Virus record (IMG/VR): IMGVR_UViG_3300018429_000060
Location: 27,307-91,306 of that record
Direction: 5' to 3' (one strand)
DNA length: 64,000 nucleotides
Source of the DNA: a virus
Shown: positions 1 to 9,819 of the stretch, piece by piece
Layout: each line of letters starts with the position of its first letter
Position numbering within the stretch: the first letter of the stretch is position 1
Position numbers and translations under genes: made by a program
The notes under the pieces: generated by a model
Told to the model about the DNA's origin: nothing
Seen by the model: only the letters and a program-made list of their open reading frames with translations
Databases searched by the model: none

Positions 1-371
1 CCAGGCCCGCGCGTTCTTCGACCAGCTTCGGGCGATGATCCCGCCGCCCGCGCACCAGCTCACCGCGTAACCCGGATGGCTGGTTGCTGTCATCGGGCCG
101 GTGACAGCAACCAACCCGTCCTCCCGTGAACCTCCAGCAGCTGGCCCCCCTCTCGTCGTCGTGGCCCGGCGCCGCCGGGTACCGCTGGCGGCCCGACGCC
201 TGAACGACGATGTCCGGCTGTGGCATACTGCTGATCGCCGAGGCGGTGGCCAAGGAAGTGAACCCGACTCTTCTCCGGACGGTGATGGGTCGGGTTTCGC
301 GCCTTCAGTTGTGTTGCAGTGCAGTTTGTGCTTGGGCTCGGCGGTGCGGGGCCGGGCAGGGAGACCCCCTT

Positions 372-605
372 CTAGCGGCCTCGCACCGCGTCCGCGCCGT
401 CCGGCGCGAGAAGCACCTCCTGGGCCAGCAGCCGCGCCCCCAGCTCGCACAGCCGCCGATCCGGCTCCACCAGCACCGCCCGGCGACCCTGCAGCTTCGC
501 CACCAGCCCGGTGGCGCACAGCCCGGCCAGCACCTCCCCCGGCTCCCCCAGATACAGCGTCACCAGGTCGTCGGCGTAGAACGGCCGCGGCCGCCGGCTG
601 CTCAC
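372..605 (-). pseudogene. Internally deleted DNA methyltransferase remnant (77 aa)
   Basis: GTG at 605 overlaps upstream TGA. PFYADDLVTLYLGE resembles the N-terminus and TGLVAKLQGRRAVLVE..CELGARLLAQ the C-terminus of phage N4/N6 MTases; no DPPY or FxGxG. Confidence 0.5.
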
Positions 606-1117
606 GTGGCCACGACGGCGGCGTCCGGTCGCACCGCGAGCGCGTGCCCGTCCGGCCACCAGCCGCACAGCCCGGTGCCGCAGAACACGCCGCCATGCTC
701 CGGGCACCCGGCCCGATACCGGTGCACCGCGGCCACCAGCGAGGGATGCGCCGGCCGGGCCAGGCTGAACGACGCGTGCACCGCGCCCTCGCCGCCGTTC
801 CACAAGCGCCTCACCAGCACGCCCAGGCTCTCGATCGCGGCCGCGATCTCGGCCATCTCGTCCCGTCCTTCCAGCGGGTTCTCGCACCGGTAGGTCCGGC
901 CCGTGCCGATCCAGCGCTGCCCCACGACCTCGACGGAGATGACCGGCAGGTCAGCCCACCCGGCCGGCGCCGCCCGGTAGCGCCGGGCCGCCACCACCGG
1001 CTGCAACCCGGCGCCGTGGTGCTGCAGGATCGCTCCGACGGGCTGCTCCACCTCGTACAACCACCGCAGACCCGCCGCCAGCACCGCCAGTCGACCCTGA
1101 TCAGCCATGTCACGCAT
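602..1117 (-). CDS. Hypothetical protein (C-terminal Cys/His cluster)
   Basis: AGGAG upstream, protein-like composition, coupled to the next ORF. Confidence 0.6.
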   Translation of the reverse strand: MRDMADQGRLAVLAAGLRWLYEVEQPVGAILQHHGAGLQPVVAARRYRAAPAGWADLPVISVEVVGQRWIGTGRTYRCENPLEGRDEMAEIAAAIESLGVLVRRLWNGGEGAVHASFSLARPAHPSLVAAVHRYRAGCPEHGGVFCGTGLCGWWPDGHALAVRPDAAVVAT

Positions 1118-1229
1118 CGTCGTGCTCTGGTGGCTCCTCGTGCCGGATCAACATGCCACCCCGGAAGATCCACACCGCGAAGTGTGATAATCACAAGTAG
1201 ACAGGGTTCGTTGACGGGGAAGAGACGCC

Positions 1230-1772
1230 ATGCCCAGCAGCACGGGCGACAGCACAACCGACACCGATGACGAGAACGACGACCACGACGCGCGGCCGCC
1301 CAGCCCAGGGCGTCTCTACGTTCTCGCGCACCCCCACCATGTGCACGCCGTCCAGCTCACCGCCGACGCCGACTGGTCAGCGGCGGCCCAGTGGTGCAAC
1401 GGGCACCTCATCGAACGCGGCGACGCGCGGATGGTGGTCTTCCGGGACCACCGCTGCCAGGAGGTGTCGGCCCTGCTGGGCGACTGGATCGTCGAGAGCG
1501 ACACGGGGTACTTCGTCCTGCCCGATCAGACCTTCACCATCCACTACGGCACCGGCGGTCTCGAGCTGGACGCCCGGCGCCTGACCGAACTGGGGCAGGT
1601 GGTGCACAAGCTGATGGACGCCCACAGTCGCGCCGAGGAGCCGCTGCGGCCGGTGCGGACCTGGGTTCAGCTCACCGACAGCGAGCGAGCCCTGGCCATC
1701 GTCGTCGCCGAGACGCTGTACCGGCTCGGCGCGGTCACCACCCGCATCCAGAACGCCGGCGGCGCCGCATGA
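1230..1772 (+). CDS. Hypothetical phage-type protein
   Basis: AVQLT..GDWIV..GYFVLPDQTF resembles common small phage proteins; ATGA overlap with the next gene. Confidence 0.65.
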   Translation: MPSSTGDSTTDTDDENDDHDARPPSPGRLYVLAHPHHVHAVQLTADADWSAAAQWCNGHLIERGDARMVVFRDHRCQEVSALLGDWIVESDTGYFVLPDQTFTIHYGTGGLELDARRLTELGQVVHKLMDAHSRAEEPLRPVRTWVQLTDSERALAIVVAETLYRLGAVTTRIQNAGGAA

Positions 1773-2218
1773 CCGCGTCCCCGCGCCGACTCACCTGGTC
1801 GGTCATCGCCGTGTTCGTCATGGCCACCCTCGGCGTCGGCCTCGGTGCCCTGCTCCCCGCCGAGCCACCACCGCCACGCGGACCGTCGGCGTTCGACCCC
1901 GGCGCCGTGCGACCCTCGCCGTCGACGCTGTTCGTCGTCGACCCCGAGCTCGTCGACCCCCAGGCCGACACGTGGGTCGTGGTGATCCGCGACCACCGCG
2001 GCGTCGAGGTGTTCCGCGACGGCACCCACTACCCCGCGGCGGACGGCCTCATCGTCACCTGGCTGTCCAACGCCGACCAGCTGTGGGTGCTGTCCGGGCG
2101 CAGCACGGTGGAACGCATCACCCGCGGGCCCACCGGCTGGGCCAAGGTGCTCGTCCCCCCGGTCGAGCGGCACACCGTGCCACGCGAGATAGCCCGGCAC
2201 CTGCCCGTGTTCGGCTAA
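1769..2218 (+). CDS. Putative secreted/membrane-anchored protein
   Basis: ATG at 1769 overlaps previous stop; N-terminal hydrophobic segment. Confidence 0.6.
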   Translation: MTASPRRLTWSVIAVFVMATLGVGLGALLPAEPPPPRGPSAFDPGAVRPSPSTLFVVDPELVDPQADTWVVVIRDHRGVEVFRDGTHYPAADGLIVTWLSNADQLWVLSGRSTVERITRGPTGWAKVLVPPVERHTVPREIARHLPVFG

Positions 2219-2826
2219 CCGTCGACGGGAGCGACGTCGGGCACGGCCCCCGGCGGCCGCGGCGGCCGACACTCCCCCAGCATGGCCACCAAGGTCAGCG
2301 CCGCCGACGTGTCCATCCCGACCACCGTCACCAGGTGCCGCCGGTAGCCCTCGTCCAGGGCGACGGTCGTCGCCGAGTGCAGCACGTCCATCGCGTGCTT
2401 CTCGGCCTCGGCCGGCGTCCAGCGCCACCACTCGGCCTGGCCCCGCACCTGGCAGTGCAGGTACGGGGCGCCGGTGAACTCGCAGATCCCCGGCCGCAGC
2501 TGCAGCAGGCCCAGCGCGTCGACGTCCAGCGGCGCCCGGTCCGATCGCAGCGACCGCACCTGCTCCCCCACCTGCGGCACCGTCGAGCCGCCGGCGTCGA
2601 CCAGCTGCAGCGCCACCGCAACGTCGAACTCGGCACGAGCCACGGCGTCGACCACCGCCACGGCGTACGCGATCGCTTGCGCGCGAGTGAACGCGGCCAG
2701 CAGGTCGTCGGTGTAGGCGATCGACACGTGGAACACCCCGTCGATCGACCGGTCGGAGCGCACCACGATGGCCGCCAGCTCGCCGTCCGCGCTGCCGGAG
2801 CTGGTGCGGTCAGCAGTTAACGCCAT
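2215..2826 (-). CDS. Hypothetical protein
   Basis: Protein-like frame from ATG 2826 (start uncertain). Confidence 0.6.
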   Translation of the reverse strand: MALTADRTSSGSADGELAAIVVRSDRSIDGVFHVSIAYTDDLLAAFTRAQAIAYAVAVVDAVARAEFDVAVALQLVDAGGSTVPQVGEQVRSLRSDRAPLDVDALGLLQLRPGICEFTGAPYLHCQVRGQAEWWRWTPAEAEKHAMDVLHSATTVALDEGYRRHLVTVVGMDTSAALTLVAMLGECRPPRPPGAVPDVAPVDG

Positions 2827-2973
2827 GTCGGGCAGTGTCGCAGCCGTCGATGGTTGCACGGTCGGGTGACCGGCCGTGCTGTCCGTACCGCGCGGCCGTC
2901 GTCCGGCGATAGAGATCATCACCTACCGTGTCACACCGGTCAGGGGGCTGACCCGTGAAAGGACAATCCCAGC

Positions 2974-3507
2974 GTGAGTGACCGGCCCTTCGTGCCTGGC
3001 CCCTGGTTCGCACAACCGGTGTCGACCGCGTCGACGTCGGTGCAGTCGCCACCGGCGGCCGCGCCACCGGGCCCGCCGGCGGATGCCCTGGTGGCCGCGC
3101 TGGTGGCCACGGCGCCCGTCGCGCCGACGGCCGCCGCTGTATGGGAACCACCCGCAGTCATCGTCCCGGCCCCGGCCGCGGTGATCTGGAGGCGCCCGGC
3201 GCCGGTCCCAGTGAGACGGATCCAACGCCGGCCGCGGGCAGGAAAGGAAGCTCGCTGGATGGTGCTGTACCGAGAACTGCAGACCGTTGCGACCGGCGAC
3301 GTGTTCACCTGGGATCGAATGATCGAGTTACTGAAACTCACCGAGCGGATCTTGCTGTGGCAGGCGTTTGACCGCGCCAAGCGGGAACTCGCGATGGTGC
3401 AGGGGCGAGGGTGCATCTTGGTCTATGGCGTCGGCTACCGGGTCGTCTCCACCGTCCAACAGGCAGCTCCGGCACAGCCGTACCAGCAGCCTCCCGCGCC
3501 CCTGTAA
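2974..3507 (+). CDS. Hypothetical protein, possible winged-helix C-terminus
   Basis: GAAAGGA RBS; Pro/Ala-rich N-terminus; C-terminal VYGVGYRVV wing-like motif. Confidence 0.55.
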   Translation: MSDRPFVPGPWFAQPVSTASTSVQSPPAAAPPGPPADALVAALVATAPVAPTAAAVWEPPAVIVPAPAAVIWRRPAPVPVRRIQRRPRAGKEARWMVLYRELQTVATGDVFTWDRMIELLKLTERILLWQAFDRAKRELAMVQGRGCILVYGVGYRVVSTVQQAAPAQPYQQPPAPL

Positions 3508-3587
3508 GGGACCGTCAGGGAGCCATGGCGGCGCGAGGGGTCGGGCGGACAACCTCGCCGAGAAGGTGCCTGCCCCCAGTCCGCCAG

Positions 3588-4064
3588 CTACGTGGCCGCT
3601 GCCGAGTCCGGTTCGGGCCGCCGCGGCACCGGGATCCCCCGCGCCGCCAGATAGGCGATCAACGCATCCTCGACGACATCCTGGATGTCGACGTCATGTT
3701 CAGCGGCGTAGAGCCGTACCGCCTGGCGCGCGACCCGCGTCATGTTGCAGTTGAACGCCACCATGTCCATGTCGGTGACTGTCGCCGCCGCGGTCCCTCC
3801 CCGGCGCCGGCGGCTCCTCGTCACCGGCGGCGCCAACGTCCCCGCGGTCCCCGTCGCTGTGCCCGAGGGACGAACACCCGCCGTGCGGGCGGTGCGCGGC
3901 CTGGTGGCCGGCTGAGCCGCCGGTACGGGCGGCTCGGCGGTGGCCGGCTCAGCCGGAGCCAGAGCCGGTGCGGGCGCGGGAGCTACCGCGGCCACCGCCG
4001 CGGGGGCTGTCGGGTCCGCCGGGTGGGTCGACGCGAGTGGGCTGACCCGACGCGGTGCGCTCAT
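3588..4064 (-). CDS. Ribbon-helix-helix partition adaptor (type Ib ParB/ParG-like)
   Basis: ATG overlaps parA stop; disordered N-terminus then VAFNCNMTRVARQAVRLYAAEHDVDIQDVVEDALIAYL (RHH pattern). Confidence 0.75.
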   Translation of the reverse strand: MSAPRRVSPLASTHPADPTAPAAVAAVAPAPAPALAPAEPATAEPPVPAAQPATRPRTARTAGVRPSGTATGTAGTLAPPVTRSRRRRGGTAAATVTDMDMVAFNCNMTRVARQAVRLYAAEHDVDIQDVVEDALIAYLAARGIPVPRRPEPDSAAAT

Positions 4065-4897
4065 CCTGCCCGTACCTCCTCGTGCTGGTCCGCCAGCAGG
4101 CGGCCGACGAACCGGCCGTACACCTCGGCCAAGATCCGCAGCTTCGAGTCCGGCGACTGGTCCAGCGCCACCTGCGTGTTGACCGCCGTCTTGATCCCAT
4201 TCCACAGCGGGATGACGTCGGTGTGGTCGTCGGCCGACGCCCACACCGACGCCTCCGGGAAGTGCTGCTGAATCTCACCCAGGTTCAGCTTCTCCTCCTT
4301 GGTGCCTCTCCACCGCGAGATCACCACGCCGGCCCACCGCAGGCTGGGGTTGCTGTACCTCTGCACCTTCGTGATGGTCTCGCGGAGCAGGACCAGTCCG
4401 GCCGCACTCCACCGGTCTGCCTCCATGACGACCAGGACCGAGGTGTTGTCCGTGGCCGCCAGGGCATTGACCAGCAGCTGGCCCAACGCCGGGGCGTTGT
4501 CGACCAGCACCAGGTCGTACTGGTCGATCACCGGTTGCAGCGCCTCCCGCAGCCGGAACTCACGGCCCGACATGGACGCACTGATCATCTGCTCGACGTG
4601 CGCCAGGGCGCCGCTGTTGGTGACCGGGGCGAGATCCACGCCGGGCCAAATCGACTCCACGATGACCTCACGTAACGGGATCGCTCCGTTCGGGTTCAGC
4701 GCGTCAGCGACCGAGATCGTCCCCGGAGCAAGTGGCTCCGTCGCCAGCGCGTCGGTGGTGTTGCCCTGCGGGTCGAGGTCGATGACCAGCACCCTCAGCT
4801 TCTTCACCACCGCCGCACGTGCCAGGTGGACGACAGTCGTCGACTTGCCCACGCCGCCCTTCTGCATGGCGACCACCACAACACGAGCGTGTCTCAT
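4061..4897 (-). CDS. parA: ParA family partition ATPase
   Basis: Deviant Walker A QKGGVGKST, IDLDPQGN, YDLVLVDNAP; RBS GGAAAGGGGAG. Confidence 0.95.
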   Translation of the reverse strand: MRHARVVVVAMQKGGVGKSTTVVHLARAAVVKKLRVLVIDLDPQGNTTDALATEPLAPGTISVADALNPNGAIPLREVIVESIWPGVDLAPVTNSGALAHVEQMISASMSGREFRLREALQPVIDQYDLVLVDNAPALGQLLVNALAATDNTSVLVVMEADRWSAAGLVLLRETITKVQRYSNPSLRWAGVVISRWRGTKEEKLNLGEIQQHFPEASVWASADDHTDVIPLWNGIKTAVNTQVALDQSPDSKLRILAEVYGRFVGRLLADQHEEVRAG

Positions 4898-4942
4898 CGG
4901 AGTCCGCTCCCCTTTCCTGCTCCAGCTCAAACCCCAGCACGC

Positions 4943-5142
4943 GCAATCCTGCATCAGCGCGTCAGCTCCAACGCGTCGACACGCGGAACCACGACCACGC
5001 ACACACGCCAACACCTGGACACGCAGTAGCGCGTCACCGCAGAAGCGCCTCAAGGCACCAGCGCGTCAGCAACAACACGCTGAACGGCCGACACGCATCT
5101 ACCCTGTCCCGCTACCGCACTGTCACGCGTGCACGCTTGAGC
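4943..5142. repeat. Degenerate 8-bp tandem array upstream of parA (putative parS centromere)
   Basis: 25 in-phase octamers, 18 starting with GC and most ending AC/GC (GCATCAGC, GCGTCAGC, GCCAACAC, GCCGACAC ...). Confidence 0.65.
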
Positions 5143-5594
5143 AGTGTAGCGGCTTACTTCTGACCCGCTGTCAGGCGTCAACACTGACGCGTAAATCTGG
5201 CTAATGCAGGTCAGAGGCCAATTTGTGCCACCCAGGGGAGAGGCTGCCACCGAGCAACCACCCACCCAGCTCGGCCTCGGCAACAGCGCAGCTGCCCCTT
5301 GACGTCCTACCTGACCGCCACCGGGGACCAGAGCCACGATAGGGTGGCACCACCGGTGCAGCGGCCGCCCCCCGATGCCTTCCGAGCCGGCCCGGTCGTA
5401 GAGCACCCCCCGTACATACGCTATTTACGGACGTGCCAGGCTGACCCCGTGCCCCCTTCGTCCAGGCGCTTTTCAGGACCTCGACCCGGCCCTGCCCAGG
5501 CTCGCCGGCGCAGCCGCCACGCGGCCCGGCTCAGCTATACGTAGACATTGAGCATGTGAAGCTAGACTAGCCGTGACCTGGGAGGCTACGGCTG

Positions 5595-6752
5595 ATGAGC
5601 GACGACGACACGAACAACCGCCCAGACGCCGGGGGGCTGCCCGGTGAGGTGATCGACGCGGTGGTGGCGCGGGCGGGTTCTGCCCGGACACGGCGGCTTG
5701 TGGACGGTGTGGAGGCGGATTCGACGCGGGCCGGGCGGGTTCGGTACTGGGGCCTGTTCGAGCGGTTCTGTGGCGACTACGGCGGCCGTGGACCGGACGG
5801 CGAGCGGTTGCGCGGGTTGACGGCGTTGCCGGCCGCGCCGGACACGGTGACGGAGTTCGTCGGGTACCTGGCGCACCGTGGGTATGCGCCGGCGACGATT
5901 CAGGCGTGCCTGTCGATCGTGCGGGCGAAGCATCGGATAGCGGGGGAGCCGGTGCCGGACGGCGTGCAGGCGGCGGCCGCGGTCCGCGGTTACGAGGCCG
6001 AGCTGCGTGCCGCCGGGTGGCGACCGAAGCGGTCCGCGCCGGCGCGGACGCGACAGCTGCAGCAGCTGGTGGAGGTCTGCGACCCCATGACGGCCCAGGG
6101 TTTGCGGGATCGGGCGATGGTGCTGCTGGGGTACTCGATCGCGGGCACCAGAACGGCGTTGGCCGCGATGGATATGACCGACCTGACCCCGCTCGACGCC
6201 CGGCAGCACGAGGTGCGGGTCTTTCGTGGCGAGCGACGTGAGCGACGGTTGGTGCCGGTTCCGCACTGGGGGACGCCGGCGCGTGGTCGCTGCGGTGATC
6301 CGCTGTGCCCGCTGTGCGCGACCTTCGCCTGGATCGGGCGCCTGAACGAGGGTGGCGTGCGGCGGGGCGCGTTGTTCCGGCCGGTGGACCGGTCGGGCAA
6401 CATCGCCGGGATCCGCGCGGTGGCCGGCGGACATGACGAGCGGCTGAGTGTGACCGCAGTGAACCTGATCCTGCGACGGTTGCGGCGGCGGGCCGAGCTG
6501 CCGGAGAACGTCACCCCGCACTCGCTGCGGGCCGGGTTCGCGGTCGAGTCGATCGAGCGCGGCGTCGACGAGCGGGACGTGCGTCGCCACGGTGGGTGGG
6601 TGGCGCACTCGACGGCGTTCACGGTTTACACGCGGGGGCTGCTCGACCAGGAGGCCGCGGGGCCGGGCCGGCGTGCCGCTGCGGTGGCCCGGCCGAACCC
6701 GCTGTTGACGATCGCCCGCGACTTGAGGTCGAGCGGGCCGCAGGACGGGTGA
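5595..6752 (+). CDS. Tyrosine recombinase (Cre/XerC-like, probable multimer resolvase)
   Basis: SAM-like N-terminus, LRDRAMVLLG..R, HSLRAGF, GGW..S..F..Y; GGAGG RBS. Confidence 0.9.
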   Translation: MSDDDTNNRPDAGGLPGEVIDAVVARAGSARTRRLVDGVEADSTRAGRVRYWGLFERFCGDYGGRGPDGERLRGLTALPAAPDTVTEFVGYLAHRGYAPATIQACLSIVRAKHRIAGEPVPDGVQAAAAVRGYEAELRAAGWRPKRSAPARTRQLQQLVEVCDPMTAQGLRDRAMVLLGYSIAGTRTALAAMDMTDLTPLDARQHEVRVFRGERRERRLVPVPHWGTPARGRCGDPLCPLCATFAWIGRLNEGGVRRGALFRPVDRSGNIAGIRAVAGGHDERLSVTAVNLILRRLRRRAELPENVTPHSLRAGFAVESIERGVDERDVRRHGGWVAHSTAFTVYTRGLLDQEAAGPGRRAAAVARPNPLLTIARDLRSSGPQDG

Positions 6753-7141
6753 CGCGATTCGCGGTACGCGGTACCGCCGACCGGCGGCACTTTCGGCCCT
6801 GAGACGGCCTGTGCGGAGTTCGGCGGTGGCATCACCCTCGGCGACCGGTGTTGGTGCGGCAGCGGCTGACTGAGGGACCGGGGGGAGTGGTTCCGCCAAT
6901 GATCGTCCAGCGGTGTCGGCCGGGGGCGGTGGCTGGTGGACAGCCCGCTCGCGCGCACGCGCGTACGGGACGTAACCCGTAGCACTCAGGTTGAGCCGAT
7001 CACTTCAGCACGTACGGATCCCAGCGCCAGGTTTCGGTCCGCCGGGGGGCGGGGGGCGGCGGTTCGCCCCCCGCTTTGTTGATCTTCGGCTGTGGATGTT
7101 CGTAGTTGGTGTTTTGCCGTTGGTCTTCTTCTTACTACCCG

Positions 7142-7295
7142 CTCCGTACGTCTGTACTCCAGACGTCTGTACTCCAGACGTCTGTACTCCAGACGTCTGG
7201 AGTACAGACGTACGGAGATCAGTCCTGACCTGCGGTTATCATCGGTCTTCGACTGCACTCCGTACGTGCGGAGACCAGTGCTGACCTGCGGTTAT
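7142..7295. repeat. Iteron/palindrome cluster, putative replication origin
   Basis: CTCCGTAC + 3x GTCTGTACTCCAGAC (7150-7194) + one inverted unit (7195-7209) + GTACGGAG; CTGACCTGCGGTTAT at 7225 and 7281. Confidence 0.7.
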
Positions 7296-7522
7296 AGGGC
7301 GTGGGTTGTGCTTCGAAGTGTAGCTATCCGGCGGCACCGGGCAGGCTCGCCGGCGGGGGAGGAAGATGCGTGCCGCGAATGCATCGAGGTCGGCATCGGC
7401 GCCGGGCGCGGTCCCCGGTCACGGCGAGCGGGCGCGCCAGGAGGCCGGATCCGTCGAGGTCAGCGCCCCCCTGTCCTGACTGTGGCAGGGAGCCAGGTCA
7501 GCTCAGCGGATCGGCACGACGA

Positions 7523-8068
7523 TCAGTGCGTGTCGTGCTCGTCGAGCGGCAGCATGTCCGCCGGGTCTTCCTGCCTGCCAGCAGCCCGACGTCGACGAGC
7601 AGGGCGGTCAGTGGCAGCGCCGGTCTGTGCGGTGACCGATTTGGGCGGTGCGAAGGTGGCGGTCGGGGTTTTCCGGGGCGACCGGGGCTGCCGTGGCCGA
7701 TAGGTGCGTTTGTCCTCGGGGACTGGGAGCGGTTGGAGTTTGAAGTCCATGCCGGTGACCTGTCCCCGACGGTTGCGGGTGTACTCGCGGCAGAGGTATC
7801 CGGCCCGCTCGAGCTCGTACAGCAGGTCCTCGGCGGCGTGCACGCCGCAGCCGCCGGCGTCGGCGATGTCCTGCGCCGAGGTCATCCAGCCGTCGTCGTT
7901 GCTGTTCATCCAGGACCAGGCCCACCGGGCCGCGGGGGACAGGCTGGTGTCACGGATCAGTGCGTTCGGTGATGCGGTCCAGCCGTCGGCTTTGAACGCC
8001 TCGACGTCCTTGGTGATGCGTGCGCGTCGACGGGTCACTGCTGAACCAGCAAGGTGACTGTGTGACAC
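7523..8068 (-). CDS. HTH replication-initiator-like protein (actinophage RepA-type N-domain)
   Basis: NALIRDTSLSPAAR..S..DGW..IA..G..A..LLYELERAGYL.R..R..GQ pattern; adjacent iterons. Start uncertain. Confidence 0.7.
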   Translation of the reverse strand: MSHSHLAGSAVTRRRARITKDVEAFKADGWTASPNALIRDTSLSPAARWAWSWMNSNDDGWMTSAQDIADAGGCGVHAAEDLLYELERAGYLCREYTRNRRGQVTGMDFKLQPLPVPEDKRTYRPRQPRSPRKTPTATFAPPKSVTAQTGAATDRPARRRRAAGRQEDPADMLPLDEHDTH

Positions 8069-8572
8069 AGGATGATCACGTTGTGACGTCCTCCGAGTGG
8101 GGCGTCATACGTGATCGAAGTCCTGGGGTGTCCCCGTTTCCATACAGAGGGGGCACCCGTTAGACTGGGAGACGGTACGACGCAAGGCTTCTTCGTGGTT
8201 GCCGGGCTCGTATTCAGTTGGTTCCGTCGTTCGTCCCGGCCGGGGAGAACGACGGTTGAGCTAGAAGGGACCGGGTCCGGTCCCACGCGACGAGCCCTCG
8301 GCGGTCCCCGATGGGCTCGTTTCGCGTTTCTGGCTCTGTTGTGCGTGTGATCCTAAACCTGTCGGCGGTCACCCTTACGGACCTACCCCACTGTCGGGGG
8401 GTCGCGGCTGGTCCGGCACAGGTTGGCCGGATGGCTGCTCCAGCAAGGGCACACCGGGCCTTCGCCGCTGGTGAGGCGTCGCTGGCCGCCCGTGACGGTG
8501 CGTAGACCGGCTTGTCTCATGAGGGGGACAGGGGCTGTCACCCCGTCGGCGACCGGTGGTCGCGGCGTGGAT

Positions 8573-9415
8573 CTAGCCTCGGGTGCCGCTGGTGTCGGTC
8601 AGCGTGTTGAACCCGGCGCGCAGTCGGGTGCCGATCGCCACGGCCTCTCGGACGATCGGGTCCGGCGATGACGCCGCCGGGCCGTCCTCCCGGAGCAGGA
8701 ACATCGCGTAGGCCACCGTGCCCGCCGACGTGCGGGTCGGCCGCGACGTCATCGCTTCGCCGGCGCCGTCGATGGCCTCAATCAGGAGCCGCCGCTGCTG
8801 CTCGTCGTCGACCAGGGCGGCCAGGTGCTCGCGGTGGTCAACCAGGACCTCGGCCACCCGCAGCAGCTGCGGATGGTGCTCGACAAGCCAGCGGTCAACC
8901 CGGCCGGCGTGCTCGGTCTCGGCGGCGGTGGGCGGGTGTTCGCCGCCGCGGCGCCACCGGGTGGTCAGCAGCTTCCGCCGGTTCCACACCGCCTGGCGGG
9001 ACCAGAGGCCGAGCCAGCGGCCGAACAGGCTCGGCAGGGCGTGCACCTCGTGGCCGGTGTCCAGCACAGCCAGCTCGTGGCGCTGCAGGGCCTGGTCGGC
9101 CTGCTGGCGTAGGTACCGGACCAGCAGGGCCCGGTCGGGCAGCTCGGCGCGGCGGACCTCGTCGGGTACCCGACGGTGCTGGTGCAGGTAGTGCACCACC
9201 GTGGTGACGTCGTCCTCGTCGACGACCGTGCGGGGGTAGTAGTCCAGGTCCGGGTCGTGTGCGGTGCTGCGGAGCCGGCGGATGCGGTCGGCCGCGCACT
9301 GGGCGTCGCTGTCGGACACCGCCGGCACGAGCTCGGTGAGGCGCCGGCGGACCCGGCCGCGGCCGCGGTCCGGTGTGCGGGGCTGCCTCAGCGAGGTCAT
9401 GTCAGTCAGCATCCC
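8573..9415 (-). CDS. Hypothetical protein
   Basis: Protein-like helical frame; start uncertain (9445-9400). Confidence 0.6.
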   Translation of the reverse strand, partial: GMLTDMTSLRQPRTPDRGRGRVRRRLTELVPAVSDSDAQCAADRIRRLRSTAHDPDLDYYPRTVVDEDDVTTVVHYLHQHRRVPDEVRRAELPDRALLVRYLRQQADQALQRHELAVLDTGHEVHALPSLFGRWLGLWSRQAVWNRRKLLTTRWRRGGEHPPTAAETEHAGRVDRWLVEHHPQLLRVAEVLVDHREHLAALVDDEQQRRLLIEAIDGAGEAMTSRPTRTSAGTVAYAMFLLREDGPAASSPDPIVREAVAIGTRLRAGFNTLTDTSGTRG

Positions 9416-9819
9416 ACTCACCATCGTGTGGTGTGGGTGGCCCACTCCTACCCCAAGGCGGTGACGGGTCGCGGCAGTCCGTGTCCGTCGACGGTGCTGT
9501 GGTTAGCGTGATCGACGGGGATGGAGGATCCCGCCTCCACCTAGAACCCGACCGTTGCACGGAGCGCCCAGCGAGCCGCGCAACACCCTCACCGGCCGCC
9601 GTTGGCCGGAACGGTGAGGCGGTTCCCTCCATCCCCGTCCTTCCAGATGGTTCGCGTCACCCTGGCCGGGCACCGACTCCTCAATCCCTCAGCCGGCCAG
9701 GGTGACGTGGCCGCTGGACCCCCGCGGCCGTTGATCACCGCGGCTATGCTCTGGCCAGGCACAGCACAGCCGACTGGCGCACCGGGGCCGGGCACACCCA
9801 GCAGAGGTGTGACCCCCGG

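Noticed and set aside
7142-7217. Mini-CRISPR, or protelomerase telRL site
   Set aside because: No spacers between units; the neighbouring recombinase looks Cre/Xer-like and no protelomerase was recognised.
6986-7703. ORFs with RRLEY/LYSRR/VCTPD repeats
   Set aside because: Translations of the DNA repeat in several frames; no RBS or coding support.
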